Source: a bacterium (lineage in GTDB: Bacteria; Sysuimicrobiota; Sysuimicrobiia; Sysuimicrobiales; Humicultoraceae). From it: 64,000 nt of DNA. A program made the translations under genes and the position numbers. The DNA lies in contig JBGQGY010000001.1 in the NCBI GenBank assembly GCA_041497675.1, forward strand, positions 1-64,000, written 5' to 3'. The notes below the pieces were generated by a model, which was given only the letters and a program-made list of their open reading frames with translations, did no database searches and had not been told where the DNA came from. Shown here piece by piece: positions 19,633 through 29,265 of this stretch; positions within the stretch are counted from its first letter, which is position 1; every line of letters starts with the position of its first letter.

Positions 19633-20256
19633 ATGGGTGCCTTCTGGCGGTTCGGGGCGGTCGTAGCGATCGTGACGGTCCTCGCGGCGACGACGGGCAC
19701 CACCGCGGCGCCCTTGTCGGCGGCGTATTTTCCGCTTGGGCAGGGGACGATCTGGACCTACCGCACGAACACGCACGGCGACATCATGATGAAAGTCGGT
19801 CCGCTCGCCAAAGTGGGAACGTTCGGGTGCCGGATCATCGAAACCGTGGTGGGAGGAAACACGACCCAGCGCGAATGCTACGGTGTTGAGGGCGACGGGG
19901 TGTACGCGTATGAGCGGAGCTACCCGGCCGGCACGATGCGGTTGGAGCCCCCACAGCGCGTGCTGGCCATCCCCGTTGCCGTCGGACGGGTCTGGGAGTG
20001 GACCGGGCGCATCGGTGACCAGGAGGTAACCCTCAAATACACTTGGGCGCGTCGCGAGAAGATACAGGTGCCCGCGGGATCCTTCGACGCGATGCAGCTG
20101 TACTTCGAGGGGCTGGTCCCGCCCAACATCCAGGTCCAGACCTGGCGCTGGTTTGCCGCCGGCGTGGGGATGGTGAAAGAGGACTCGCTCGTCTCGCAGG
20201 CCGATCAGCGCATGCGCGTCTACGCCGAACTGGTGAGCGTCAAGATCGCCAGGTGA
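19633..20256 (+). CDS. Secreted hypothetical protein
   Basis: Signal peptide; YFPL..G..WTY, VPAGSF and WFAAGVGMVK motifs. Confidence 0.7.
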   Translation: MGAFWRFGAVVAIVTVLAATTGTTAAPLSAAYFPLGQGTIWTYRTNTHGDIMMKVGPLAKVGTFGCRIIETVVGGNTTQRECYGVEGDGVYAYERSYPAGTMRLEPPQRVLAIPVAVGRVWEWTGRIGDQEVTLKYTWARREKIQVPAGSFDAMQLYFEGLVPPNIQVQTWRWFAAGVGMVKEDSLVSQADQRMRVYAELVSVKIAR

Positions 20257-22073
20257 TCGGCCGGCCGGGGACCCGTCGCGCGCCGTTTGCGATCGCCGTT
20301 CTGGCGGTACTCGGGTTGGCGCTGGGCGCCGGCCCGTTGTACGCGAAGAGCTTCAGCTTTCCTCGTGTGGTCATCGAGGCTGCCGTCGGGACCGATGGCA
20401 GCCTTCAGATTGTCGAAACCCGGACCTATCGGTTTAGCGGGGCCTTTTTGTGGGCCAGCTACCGGCTGCCGCTGCCGGAGACCCAACGGATGCACAGCAT
20501 CGCGGTGGCAGATGATCGCGGCGCCTACCGCGAGTCCGGCGACGAGCAACCCGGCACGTTTACCGCGAGTCGGTCGGGCGACACCGTGGAGATCCGCTGG
20601 CATTTTCGAGCCTCCGATGAGTCGCGCGCGTTTGTGATTTCCTACGTGGTCGATGACGTCGTGACCGTGCACAGTGACGTCGCCGAGCTCTACTGGAAGT
20701 TCATCGGGACGGGCTGGGAGCAATCGACCGACGACGTGCGGGTCACCGTGAGGCTCCCGGGCGCGGTGCCCGCGGATCAGATCAGGGTGTGGGGCCACGG
20801 CCCCCTGCAGGGGAACGCCACGCGAGTCGACGGCGGCGCGGTGTTCGCGCTGCGGGGCCTGCCCCCGAAGACCATGGTTGAGGGGCGCGTGCTGTTTCCG
20901 CGGGAGGTCGTCGCGGGCGCGCGCCTCCGGTCTACCGAGCCCGGTCTCCCCCGCATCCTGAAAGAAGAAGGTGACTGGGCCGATCAGGCCAATCGCCGGC
21001 GCGCGTTGATGCGCGCGGCGATGTATGGGATGTACGCCCTCCCGGTGCTGGCGATCGCCGGGTGGTTGTGGCTCTACGTGCGGTACGGCCGCGAGCCGGT
21101 GCCGGGCCCGCCTGAAGGGTATTATCGCGAACTCCCCGCGGACTATTCCCCCGCTGAACTCGGGGTGCTGTGGCGGTTTGGATCGGTGCAGCCGGCCGAT
21201 TTTTCGGCGACGGTGCTCGACCTGGCGCGCCGGGGGTACCTCGAAGTGAGGACGGGCACCGAGAAGCGACTCCTCTCCCACGATGAGACCTACACGCTCA
21301 CGCGTACCGCGAAAGAAGATGGGCTGCGTCCATTCGAGAGGGAGGCGCTCGGCATCTTGTTTGAGGCGTATCACCGGGCGGGGACCCAGATCAAGATCTC
21401 GCACTCGCAGGGTCTGCCGGGCGATGCGAAGTCACGGATGCGGCGGCGATACCCTACGTGGTCGAGCCTGGTCTCAAAGGCCGCGGACGCCTATGGGTTC
21501 TTCGATCAGACGAGCATGCGCATGCGATGGGCGGCCCTGCTGCTGGGCTTTCTGCTGGCGTTTGGCGGGTGGTGGGCGTTCGTGGGGCTTGGGCTCATCG
21601 GCGGCTCAACAGGGCTGGCCGCGGCGGGTCTCGCGACCATCGGGTCGGGCATTGTGATGGCGGCCGGAAGCGGTGCGGTCCGGCGGCGCTCGCAGCGGGG
21701 CGCGGATGACCTGCGCCAGTGGCAGGGGTTCCGCCGCTTCTTGCTCGACTTCTCCGAGATGCCGCGGGCCGAGTTGCCGGCGCTGACGCTGTGGGAGCAG
21801 TACCTGGTGTACGCGGTGCCCCTCGGGGTGGCGCACCGTGTGATCGACCAGCTGCGAAAGATCTACCCGGCGGCTGAGCTCGAGGCGACACCGGGCCTGC
21901 GGATGTGGTCGGGCTCGGGGCCCGGCGGGGGCAATGCCCTGGGCACGATTGGCGCTTTCACGACCGCGATTGCCGCGGCGACCTCCTCGGCGACGTCGAG
22001 CAGCGGCGGCGGGGGCGGTTTTTCGGGCGGCGGCGGTGGTGGGGGTGGGGGGAGCGGCGGTTCGGCGGGCTAA
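20253..22073 (+). CDS. DUF2207 domain membrane protein
   Basis: ELYWKFIGTGW, WGHGPL, ATVLDLARRGYL, WEQYLVYA; Gly/Ser-rich C-terminal tail. Confidence 0.88.
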   Translation: MIGRPGTRRAPFAIAVLAVLGLALGAGPLYAKSFSFPRVVIEAAVGTDGSLQIVETRTYRFSGAFLWASYRLPLPETQRMHSIAVADDRGAYRESGDEQPGTFTASRSGDTVEIRWHFRASDESRAFVISYVVDDVVTVHSDVAELYWKFIGTGWEQSTDDVRVTVRLPGAVPADQIRVWGHGPLQGNATRVDGGAVFALRGLPPKTMVEGRVLFPREVVAGARLRSTEPGLPRILKEEGDWADQANRRRALMRAAMYGMYALPVLAIAGWLWLYVRYGREPVPGPPEGYYRELPADYSPAELGVLWRFGSVQPADFSATVLDLARRGYLEVRTGTEKRLLSHDETYTLTRTAKEDGLRPFEREALGILFEAYHRAGTQIKISHSQGLPGDAKSRMRRRYPTWSSLVSKAADAYGFFDQTSMRMRWAALLLGFLLAFGGWWAFVGLGLIGGSTGLAAAGLATIGSGIVMAAGSGAVRRRSQRGADDLRQWQGFRRFLLDFSEMPRAELPALTLWEQYLVYAVPLGVAHRVIDQLRKIYPAAELEATPGLRMWSGSGPGGGNALGTIGAFTTAIAAATSSATSSSGGGGGFSGGGGGGGGGSGGSAG

Positions 22074-22534
22074 CGGCTGCCGCGATGCAGCAAGTGGCGG
22101 GCGAGTTCCAGGAGCGCCTGCCGGTCGCCCGCGGGAAGCCTCCGCGCAATCACCAGCAGTTCGCTGATGACCAGGTCGCCGCGCCCGCCTGCTCCCTCGC
22201 CGCGCTTCGAAGCCGCGGTCAACGTCTGATCACCCGCGAAGAGTGATAGCGGCCGGCTGCGCTTGAGGGGAAGCTGCACGGCCGCCACCGGTTTCATGTC
22301 GTCCGGCAGCGGCGCGGACAATTCTTCAACGTACTGGAGAAACGCGCTGCCCTTCATCCCAAAGGCCCGCGCGACGCGCGCGACAATGTCGCTGGACGGC
22401 CGCTTCAGGCCACGTTCGATCTCCGAGAGGTACGAGTAGGAGATACCCGCGAGTCTCGCCACCTCGTCGCGCGTGAGGTTCTTCGACGCCCGGAGCGTCT
22501 CGATGGCGCGCCCGTAGTCAAGCCGTGGCCGCAT
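22070..22534 (-). CDS. XRE-family helix-turn-helix transcriptional regulator
   Basis: LRASKNLTRDEVARLAGISYSYLSEIERGLKRPS. Confidence 0.85.
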   Translation of the reverse strand: MRPRLDYGRAIETLRASKNLTRDEVARLAGISYSYLSEIERGLKRPSSDIVARVARAFGMKGSAFLQYVEELSAPLPDDMKPVAAVQLPLKRSRPLSLFAGDQTLTAASKRGEGAGGRGDLVISELLVIARRLPAGDRQALLELARHLLHRGSR

Positions 22535-22604
22535 GCGTCTCCCACCCGCGGTGATGTTCGCGATCGTGTGAGGAGGTTCGCCATCGACGACCGGACGCCT
22601 GCGC

Positions 22605-23810
22605 CTAGCGCACGACGGCGAAGTGCTCGCGGTCGACTGAGTGGATGCCGTTGCCCCCGTTGGAGACCGAGTGGGCCAGGGTGTTCCTCAACGTGGTCCA
22701 GGTATCGTTGGCGCGCTGCAGCGACTGGCGGATCCACTCCTTGTCGCCTTCGTTTGGCGGGACGGCGCAGGCGATCTTCGCCCAGACCATCGCGTGGTAG
22801 AAACGCAGGGCGGTTGCCGCGACCCAGATTTCGCTGCGGACGCTGCCGTCACCGTTGGGCATGAAGATGTCGCAGATGTTGTCGCTGCCGATGCGCACGG
22901 TCACACCGGCCAGTACCATGTCCAGAATGCGTGCGATGGAGTTGTGCACCGGGGTCAGCATCGGCCGTAGCTGGAGCATCGAGAGGGCGGCGGTGGGACA
23001 GCAGATCACGCCGACGTTGTACTTGCGGAGATTCTCGACAAGGCGCTGGAAGCGGGCCTCATCGTAGCACGACGGGGAGATCGCGTGGACCGCCCAGACC
23101 GTCGGGCCCTCCTCACCCGGCACCTTCGGTGAGCCGAGCCACCGCACCGCCTGGACGAGCTGCTCGGTCTCTTCTTCGCGCGGATCGTTGTCCTGATCCA
23201 CTTGAAGGTGCACGGGTTTGCCGAGGTCATGAGCCAGCTCGAGGAGCATGCGGACATGACCGTCGAAGCCGACACGACCTTCGGCGCGATCTCGTACGGG
23301 CAACCCGCCCAGGACATCGGCAACCTTGGCCGCCTGTTTGTAGACTTCCCACCGGTCGGGATTGACTTTGGGATTCTTGAACCCGAAGATCGGCGAGACG
23401 GCGATCTTCAGCGCGAGCCGGTCCTTGAACTCCGCGCGCAAGCGGACCGCCTGCTCGATCGCCCCCAGACCGATGTCCGGCGTCGCGTCGATGAACGAGG
23501 TGACTTCGCGGACGCGCATCGCGGCCATGCGCTCCAGTTCTTCGCGCATGCGCGTGTAGAGGTTGTCGGAGCGGTAGCCGAGACCCTTGTGCAGCTCACC
23601 CACCAGGATCTGCTTGACCGGTAGCGACAACCCGGCGGCCCCCACGGGGTCGATGTTGGCGTGCTGCAGGAACTCCGGCGCCAAGGTGTTGGCGCGGTCC
23701 AGATGGGTGTGGGCGTTGACCCACCCGCCGAACTCCCTGACCGTCCGCTCCAGCGAGCGGCTCCACGTGCCGTTGTCGATGCCATCCACGATGGGATCCA
23801 TGATCAGCAC
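22605..23810 (-). CDS. Cytosine deaminase-like amidohydrolase
   Basis: NAHTHLD, AVHAIS, CCPTA, GSDNICD; PyrR attenuator upstream; start at GTG 23810 or ATG 23801. Confidence 0.8.
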   Translation of the reverse strand: MLIMDPIVDGIDNGTWSRSLERTVREFGGWVNAHTHLDRANTLAPEFLQHANIDPVGAAGLSLPVKQILVGELHKGLGYRSDNLYTRMREELERMAAMRVREVTSFIDATPDIGLGAIEQAVRLRAEFKDRLALKIAVSPIFGFKNPKVNPDRWEVYKQAAKVADVLGGLPVRDRAEGRVGFDGHVRMLLELAHDLGKPVHLQVDQDNDPREEETEQLVQAVRWLGSPKVPGEEGPTVWAVHAISPSCYDEARFQRLVENLRKYNVGVICCPTAALSMLQLRPMLTPVHNSIARILDMVLAGVTVRIGSDNICDIFMPNGDGSVRSEIWVAATALRFYHAMVWAKIACAVPPNEGDKEWIRQSLQRANDTWTTLRNTLAHSVSNGGNGIHSVDREHFAVVR

Positions 23811-23835
23811 CACACCTCCCCCCAAGATTTGGGAC

Positions 23836-23861
23836 AACAAAAAACCCGCCGTGACGGCGGG
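23836..23861 (-). terminator. Attenuator terminator
   Basis: Minus strand CCCGCCG-TCA-CGGCGGG followed by TTTTTTGTT. Confidence 0.85.
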
Positions 23862-23896
23862 GCAGCAGGTATACGCTCGCGTGTGCGATTCACGAC

Positions 23897-23937
23897 GACC
23901 TCCTTGTCCGCCTCTCTGGGCGGGGCTTAAAGGGGTC
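23897..23937 (-). promoter_or_regulatory. PyrR-binding RNA loop (anti-antiterminator)
   Basis: Minus strand GACCCCTTTAAGCCCCGCC-CAGAGA-GGCGGACAAGGAGGTC matches the UUUAA...CAGAGAGG...AAGG PyrR site pattern. Confidence 0.85.
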
Positions 23938-23950
23938 CGATCCACGGCAG

Positions 23951-23980
23951 ACGATAGCACGCGGCGCCTGGTGCCGTCAA
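23951..23980 (-). promoter_or_regulatory. Sigma70-type promoter of the PyrR-regulated leader
   Basis: TTGACG-N18-TATCGT with extended -10 TG. Confidence 0.65.
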
Positions 23981-24037
23981 GCACAGAAACCGGCCCGGCG
24001 GTGCGGGAGACACCGCGCCGCCGCATGCGTATACTGG

Positions 24038-25072
24038 ATGATCGTGGGCACCATCCCGCAGTATCAGGCCCGCCTCGTCGCAATCCGCGACGCCGGAAAC
24101 GCCGACCACGGGCGGATTCTGGAGATCGGGAACACGCTCTTTTCCGATGACTACCAAGACACGCCCGAGGAGTTTCGCCATCATCGCGAGCGCCTCCGGG
24201 CTGGCGGACACGCCGACGTGTTCGCGGTTGCCGAGGCGTCGGGGGGCATCGTCGGTTACTCGCACTATCAGCACATGCCCGAGCAGACCGACCGCGATCG
24301 GTACCGTGTGATCGTCGGCGTCGCTCACGGTTGGCGTGGGCGTGGCGTAGGCGGCACGCTGTATGCGCACCTGGACACGGCGCTGCACGCGCGCGGCGCC
24401 CGGGTCGCCGAGTCGTTCGCGCGGGAGACCGACGCCCATGTGATCGGGTTTCTGGTCCGGCGAGGGTTCGCCGAGGTCATGCGGGCCTGGGAGTACCGGT
24501 TCGATCCCAGGGGGTTCGATCCGGCGCCATTCGGGCACTATCGTGAGCGCGTCCGCGCCGGCGGGGTGGTCATCACCACGCTGGCATCCGAACGAGATCG
24601 CGACCCGGGCGCGGTGCGCAAAGCCTACGACCTGCACAGCGCGGTCGACGCCGACATCCCGTCGACCAGCCCGTTTCAGGCTCCCCCGCTTGAGCGTTAC
24701 GTTGAGCACAACGTCACCGGGCCCAATGCCCTGCTCGAAGCGTACTTCATCGCGAAGATCGGCGACGAGTACGTCGGCGAGTCGATCCTCCGGAAGCCAG
24801 GTACCGGCGCCTACCTGTTGGTGAACACCACGGGTGTGCGGCAGCCGTATCGCGGCCGCGGTATCGCCATGGCGCTGAAACTGGCCACGATCGACTATGC
24901 GCGGACCCACGAATGTCCCCAGATCCGCACGTGGAACGAGATCAACAACGCCGGGATGCTGGCCATCAACGAGCGGCTCGGGTTTGTGCGCACGCCGGCG
25001 TGGATCACCTACGAAAAGCGGCTCGCGCCCGGTGAGCGCTTCGCGTCGGAGCCGGAGGGAGGACCGAGGTGA
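24038..25072 (+). CDS. Tandem GNAT family N-acetyltransferase
   Basis: Two motif-A copies (WRGRGVG, YRGRGIA); NAGMLAINERLGF. Confidence 0.88.
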   Translation: MIVGTIPQYQARLVAIRDAGNADHGRILEIGNTLFSDDYQDTPEEFRHHRERLRAGGHADVFAVAEASGGIVGYSHYQHMPEQTDRDRYRVIVGVAHGWRGRGVGGTLYAHLDTALHARGARVAESFARETDAHVIGFLVRRGFAEVMRAWEYRFDPRGFDPAPFGHYRERVRAGGVVITTLASERDRDPGAVRKAYDLHSAVDADIPSTSPFQAPPLERYVEHNVTGPNALLEAYFIAKIGDEYVGESILRKPGTGAYLLVNTTGVRQPYRGRGIAMALKLATIDYARTHECPQIRTWNEINNAGMLAINERLGFVRTPAWITYEKRLAPGERFASEPEGGPR

Positions 25073-26193
25073 ACGAGCTGCGGCTCATCCGGCTGGCCGG
25101 CGATCCGGCCGATCAGGGTCGGGCGTTCGGCCGGGCGACCGCCGACCTGGTGGCCCACAACCTGGAGATCTACTTCAAGAGGTTTCTCGGGGAGACGTAT
25201 CTCGATCGCGCCGAGGTGCTGAGACGGGTCGACCGGTACTGGCCGGTCGTCGAGGCCGAGGCGCCGGCGTTCGCGGCCATGGTCGCCGGCATAGCGGAGG
25301 GGGCCGCGCAACCCTTGCCCGTCGTGGCCGCGCTCAACCTGCGATACGAGTTGTTGTACGCGGAGTTCTCACGTCTCGGGCAGGCGGAGCCCGAGTACCG
25401 GTATCCCGCGGGAGAGTGCACGGCGTTCGCCGTGCTGCCCGAGATGTCCACCGATGGCCACCTGCGCATCGGACAGAACTGGGACTGGATCCCCAACGTC
25501 GCCGGTGTTTTGGTGCACGTCACGCAGCCCGGCGGGCTGCGCGTGCTGTGCTTCACCGAGGCCGGCATTGCCGGCGGCAAGATCGGGGCGAACAGCGCGG
25601 GGGTCGGGCTCACCGTCAACGGGTTGGTGTCGTCGGACGACGACTGGACACGCATGGGCCGCCCCTTCCACGCGCGGACGTGGGACATTCTCTGCAGCAC
25701 GCGCCTGGAGGATGCGGTCAAGGCCGTGAGCGCCGGCGACCGCTCATGCTCGGCGAACTTTCTCATTGCGCAGGCCGGCCCGCTCGGACGTGGCGAAGCC
25801 GTCGACATCGAAGCGGCGCCGCGCGGCGTGTGTCTGCAACGGCCGCGCGGCGGAGTCTTCGCGCACGCGAATCATTTCCTCGAGCCGGAACGCCTCGGCA
25901 TCTCGCAGCCGCTGGTCGAGGAGCGGCTGTCCACCTATCATCGCTGCGACCGCATGCAGCAGATGCTGGCCGCGGGCTCCGCGCACGGCCGGATCGCGTC
26001 CGACGCGCTCCAGGCGATGCTCCGCGACCACGACGGCCTGCCGGAGTCGGTGTGCCGTCACCCCAATCCACGCCTGCACGAGCCCGATCGGTATCAGACC
26101 GTGGTGTCCATGATCATGGATCTGCACGCGGGACGGGTCCTGGCGGCGGCCGGCCCTCCGTGCGTGAATGCCTTTGTCGAGTACGTCGTGTAG
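25069..26193 (+). CDS. C45 family autoproteolytic acyltransferase/hydrolase
   Basis: LNLRYEL, GE/CTAF nucleophile site, GQNWDW, HANHF. Confidence 0.9.
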   Translation: MNELRLIRLAGDPADQGRAFGRATADLVAHNLEIYFKRFLGETYLDRAEVLRRVDRYWPVVEAEAPAFAAMVAGIAEGAAQPLPVVAALNLRYELLYAEFSRLGQAEPEYRYPAGECTAFAVLPEMSTDGHLRIGQNWDWIPNVAGVLVHVTQPGGLRVLCFTEAGIAGGKIGANSAGVGLTVNGLVSSDDDWTRMGRPFHARTWDILCSTRLEDAVKAVSAGDRSCSANFLIAQAGPLGRGEAVDIEAAPRGVCLQRPRGGVFAHANHFLEPERLGISQPLVEERLSTYHRCDRMQQMLAAGSAHGRIASDALQAMLRDHDGLPESVCRHPNPRLHEPDRYQTVVSMIMDLHAGRVLAAAGPPCVNAFVEYVV

Positions 26194-26212
26194 CGTTCGT
26201 CGGCATCGGCGC

Positions 26213-26908
26213 TCACCTCGGTTGGGGCGGACCCATCGGGCCCGGCGGTATGATGGGCTGCACGGGGATGCGGTCGACCGGGCCGCGCGGCACAGGGCGC
26301 CACGTGGACCAAGGCGTCGGTGTCGCGTAGTGCACGCGGTGGTTGCGCAGACCAACCTCACCTTCGATGGCAAGCGTCGCCCCGGCGCGGTGGCGCACCT
26401 GCATTTCGACGTGAATCCTGGCCGTGGTCTGCGGGGATTCCGCGGGTGCGCCCAAGGCCGTCAAATATGTGAAGGTCACGCTGTCGATGTTGGCGGACAG
26501 GTTGTTGACGCCGGTGTTGACCCGGCGCTCCACCTCGCGCTGCCGCGGATTGTGTTGAAACGTCACTTCGTAGACCGACGCGTGTCTGTAAGGGTTGCCC
26601 CTGGGGATCCTGACCCTGACACGAGTTGGGCAGAGGAGCGTCGGTGCGCACGCCGGATCGTCGACCACGGCTTCGGCCCACCGCAGTTCCTCGGTGATGC
26701 GCTCGAGCCCGCGCCGGGCCGCCTGGCTCACCTCGATCCGGCTCTCCGTCAGCACGAACGCGCGTCCCACGACCCTCGTGAGCCCCGCGGCGGCCGCGAC
26801 GACGGTTGCGGCCAGGCTGAGCGACAGGATCACCTCGAGGATCGTCCAGCCGCTCTGGCCTGGACCCTGCGCGAGTACGCGCGGCGTTTTGGCTTTCCGC
26901 TTGCCCAC
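26213..26908 (-). CDS. Prepilin-type N-terminal cleavage protein (minor pilin or pseudopilin)
   Basis: Basic leader, G|WTILEVILSLSLAA class III signal, ARRGLERITEELR. Confidence 0.75.
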   Translation of the reverse strand: MGKRKAKTPRVLAQGPGQSGWTILEVILSLSLAATVVAAAAGLTRVVGRAFVLTESRIEVSQAARRGLERITEELRWAEAVVDDPACAPTLLCPTRVRVRIPRGNPYRHASVYEVTFQHNPRQREVERRVNTGVNNLSANIDSVTFTYLTALGAPAESPQTTARIHVEMQVRHRAGATLAIEGEVGLRNHRVHYATPTPWSTWRPVPRGPVDRIPVQPIIPPGPMGPPQPR

Positions 26909-26982
26909 GCCAGCCCCACCGCCCCATCTGTCAATGCACTACGTTCATCGGCAGGTTCGGGCGGGAGTTACGGGGCGGCGTC

Positions 26983-27879
26983 ATGACCGGCGAAGTGGCG
27001 GCCGTCACCGCGGCCGTGGCCTTTGGGCTCAGCACCGTCACGGCTCGGCGCTTCATGGATGCCGTCACGCCGGAGGCCGGGGCGCTGGTCAGCATCGTGA
27101 TGAACGTGATCACGTTCTGGACACTGGCGGCTGTGGTGATGCTGCGAAACGGCGCGCCGCCGCTTCCCGCGCAAGCCCTGATCCTCTTCATCGTGGGTGG
27201 ATTGGCGGGGACGCTGGTCGGCCGGAATCTCTCCTACCTCAGCATCGAGCGGATCGGTCCATCGCTGCTCGTGACGATCCGGCTCAGCCAGACGATCGTC
27301 ACGCTGCTGTTGGGACTGGCGTTTCTCGGCGAGCTCCCTCGGCCGTGGCAGCTTGGGGGGCTGGCGAGCGTCCTCGTTGGGCTGTGGATCAGCCTGCGGT
27401 CACGCGGGGGTGACGGACCGGTGCGAGGCGCACCGGCGGCACGCCGTCTCGATCTGGCCGCGCTCCTGCTTGCGTTTGCGAGCGCAGCGGCGTTTGCATT
27501 TGGCGACACCGCACGGCGTGCTGCGCTGATGATCGTTCCCGCGCCGGTGCTCGGCGCGGCCGTGGGGTCGTCGGCGGCGCTGGTGGCACACCTCATCTGG
27601 TCGATCACGCGTCACTCCGCGCGATGGCCCGCGGGCCCGGCGCTGCGGAGCGTCGATCTTTGGACCAGCGCGCTCTTCAATACGTTGGCGATTCTCTTGC
27701 TCTACACTGCTCTACGCTCCGCGCCGGTCGCGGTCGTCTCGACCCTCTACAACCTGCAGGTGCTGGTGGTGCTCGCAGGCAGCCGCCTGTTGTTGGGCGA
27801 CCGCGAGCCGGTCGGCTCCCGTTTGATCGGTGGATCGGTGCTGACGCTGCTGGGCACGATCATGATCTTGATGGGATGA
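26983..27879 (+). CDS. EamA/DMT family transporter
   Basis: About 10 TM in two repeats; FLGE motif. Confidence 0.85.
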   Translation: MTGEVAAVTAAVAFGLSTVTARRFMDAVTPEAGALVSIVMNVITFWTLAAVVMLRNGAPPLPAQALILFIVGGLAGTLVGRNLSYLSIERIGPSLLVTIRLSQTIVTLLLGLAFLGELPRPWQLGGLASVLVGLWISLRSRGGDGPVRGAPAARRLDLAALLLAFASAAAFAFGDTARRAALMIVPAPVLGAAVGSSAALVAHLIWSITRHSARWPAGPALRSVDLWTSALFNTLAILLLYTALRSAPVAVVSTLYNLQVLVVLAGSRLLLGDREPVGSRLIGGSVLTLLGTIMILMG

Positions 27880-28063
27880 CGTGACGGAGCGATTTCGACT
27901 CGGGCGGCAGTTAGTGGGGATGCGAGTGAGGCAGGTCTTGCGGCGCGCCCTCGGCGGCGACTTCCTCAGCCAGCAACTGCTGCATCCGCGCGGACGCCAC
28001 CGCCGGTGTCTCCTGTCCCGGCAGGACCACGCCGCCGGGGCGGCGCATAAGTGGGCCTAGGTT

Positions 28064-28774
28064 GTGACATCGATCGGGGGAATCCACCTGTCGGCGTGGC
28101 TCTACCTGGTGCTCGCGCACCTTGTCGCGGACTTCCTGCTGCAACCGTACGAGCTGGTGAAACTCAAGAACCGGCCGCTGGGTCTGACGATTCACGCGGT
28201 AGTGCACGGTGTGATTACGGCGATCCTGGTCGCGCCCGTGCTGCCCCGGTGGGGGCTCATCGTGCCGATCCTGGTCGTCGTGCACTACCTGCTGGATTGG
28301 TTGAAGGTGGCCAGGGGACCGTCGGCGGGGCCGGTGTCGCTGGTGGTCTTTCTGGCAGACCAGGCGGCCCACCTGACCGTGCTCCTGCTGGCGGTGCTGG
28401 CCTCGGGTCTCTCGTTCGACGCCCAGATTGTGTATGCATCGCCGGCGGCAACGGCCGTGCTCTACTACGCCATCCCATACCTCGCCGTGACCGTCGCGGG
28501 CGCGATCCTCGTCTACCAGGTCGCCTTGGCGTTTCGGACACGGTCCGACCCTGGACTGGTGCTGGTCTGGCGGGAGCGTGTCGCAGGCATGATCGAGCGA
28601 GGCTTGGCGCTCACCGTCGTGTTGTTCCTGCGACCGTCGCTCTGGCCGGCGGCGATCCTGCCTGCGCTGATCATCGCGTGGCCGGCGCGACAAGCGCGAG
28701 GCCGGTGGATCGAGGCCGCCTGGAGCGTGGGGTTCGCCTTTGTCCTGGGGCTGCTGTTCAGAACGTGGACGTGA
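28064..28774 (+). CDS. DUF3307 domain membrane protein
   Basis: LAHLVADFLLQ, HYLLDWLK, DQAAH, GMIER. Confidence 0.8.
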   Translation: MTSIGGIHLSAWLYLVLAHLVADFLLQPYELVKLKNRPLGLTIHAVVHGVITAILVAPVLPRWGLIVPILVVVHYLLDWLKVARGPSAGPVSLVVFLADQAAHLTVLLLAVLASGLSFDAQIVYASPAATAVLYYAIPYLAVTVAGAILVYQVALAFRTRSDPGLVLVWRERVAGMIERGLALTVVLFLRPSLWPAAILPALIIAWPARQARGRWIEAAWSVGFAFVLGLLFRTWT

Positions 28775-28842
28775 TCGGGCAGGTAACTCCCGCGAGCAGC
28801 GGGTAGTGTAGTAAGGACAAAAGATCTCTGGAGGATCACGCG

Positions 28843-29265
28843 ATGGCGGAACGAGACGACATCGTCAACAGCATGGCCTCGCTGGCGATGTTTGCCGATC
28901 TCTCGCGGCCGCAGCTGGAAGCCGCCTCACATACGTTTGAAGAGGAATGGTTCACGGACGGCCAGCGGATTCTCCGGCAGGGCTTCTCCGGCTCGAACTT
29001 CTACGTGATTCTCGAGGGTGAGGCCGCTGTCCGCATCAACGGCGAGACGCGCGCGGTCCTGATCCGCGGGGATTTCTTCGGCGAAGTCTCGGTGCTGCTG
29101 GGCGAGCCCCCTACGGCGGACGTCGTCGCGCTCCGGCCGCTGCGGTGCATCGTCTTGCCAGGGCCGGACACCGAGTCGTTCTTGGTATCGTATCCGCGAG
29201 TCATGTATCGGATGCTCCAGGCCCAGGCCCGGCGGCTCCGGAACGCCAACCTGTGGCGGGGTTGA
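28843..29265 (+). CDS. Stand-alone cyclic nucleotide-binding domain protein (degenerate cassette)
   Basis: ILRQG, FYVILEG, FFGEVSVLLGEPPTADV; GGAGG RBS. Confidence 0.88.
   Translation: MAERDDIVNSMASLAMFADLSRPQLEAASHTFEEEWFTDGQRILRQGFSGSNFYVILEGEAAVRINGETRAVLIRGDFFGEVSVLLGEPPTADVVALRPLRCIVLPGPDTESFLVSYPRVMYRMLQAQARRLRNANLWRG

Noticed and set aside
21960..22073. G-rich low-complexity tract
   Set aside because: Encodes the normal Gly/Ser tail of DUF2207 proteins
27911..28048. Small minus-strand ORF ending LPHSHPH
   Set aside because: No RBS or recognisable motif; may be a real small protein or remnant but cannot be supported
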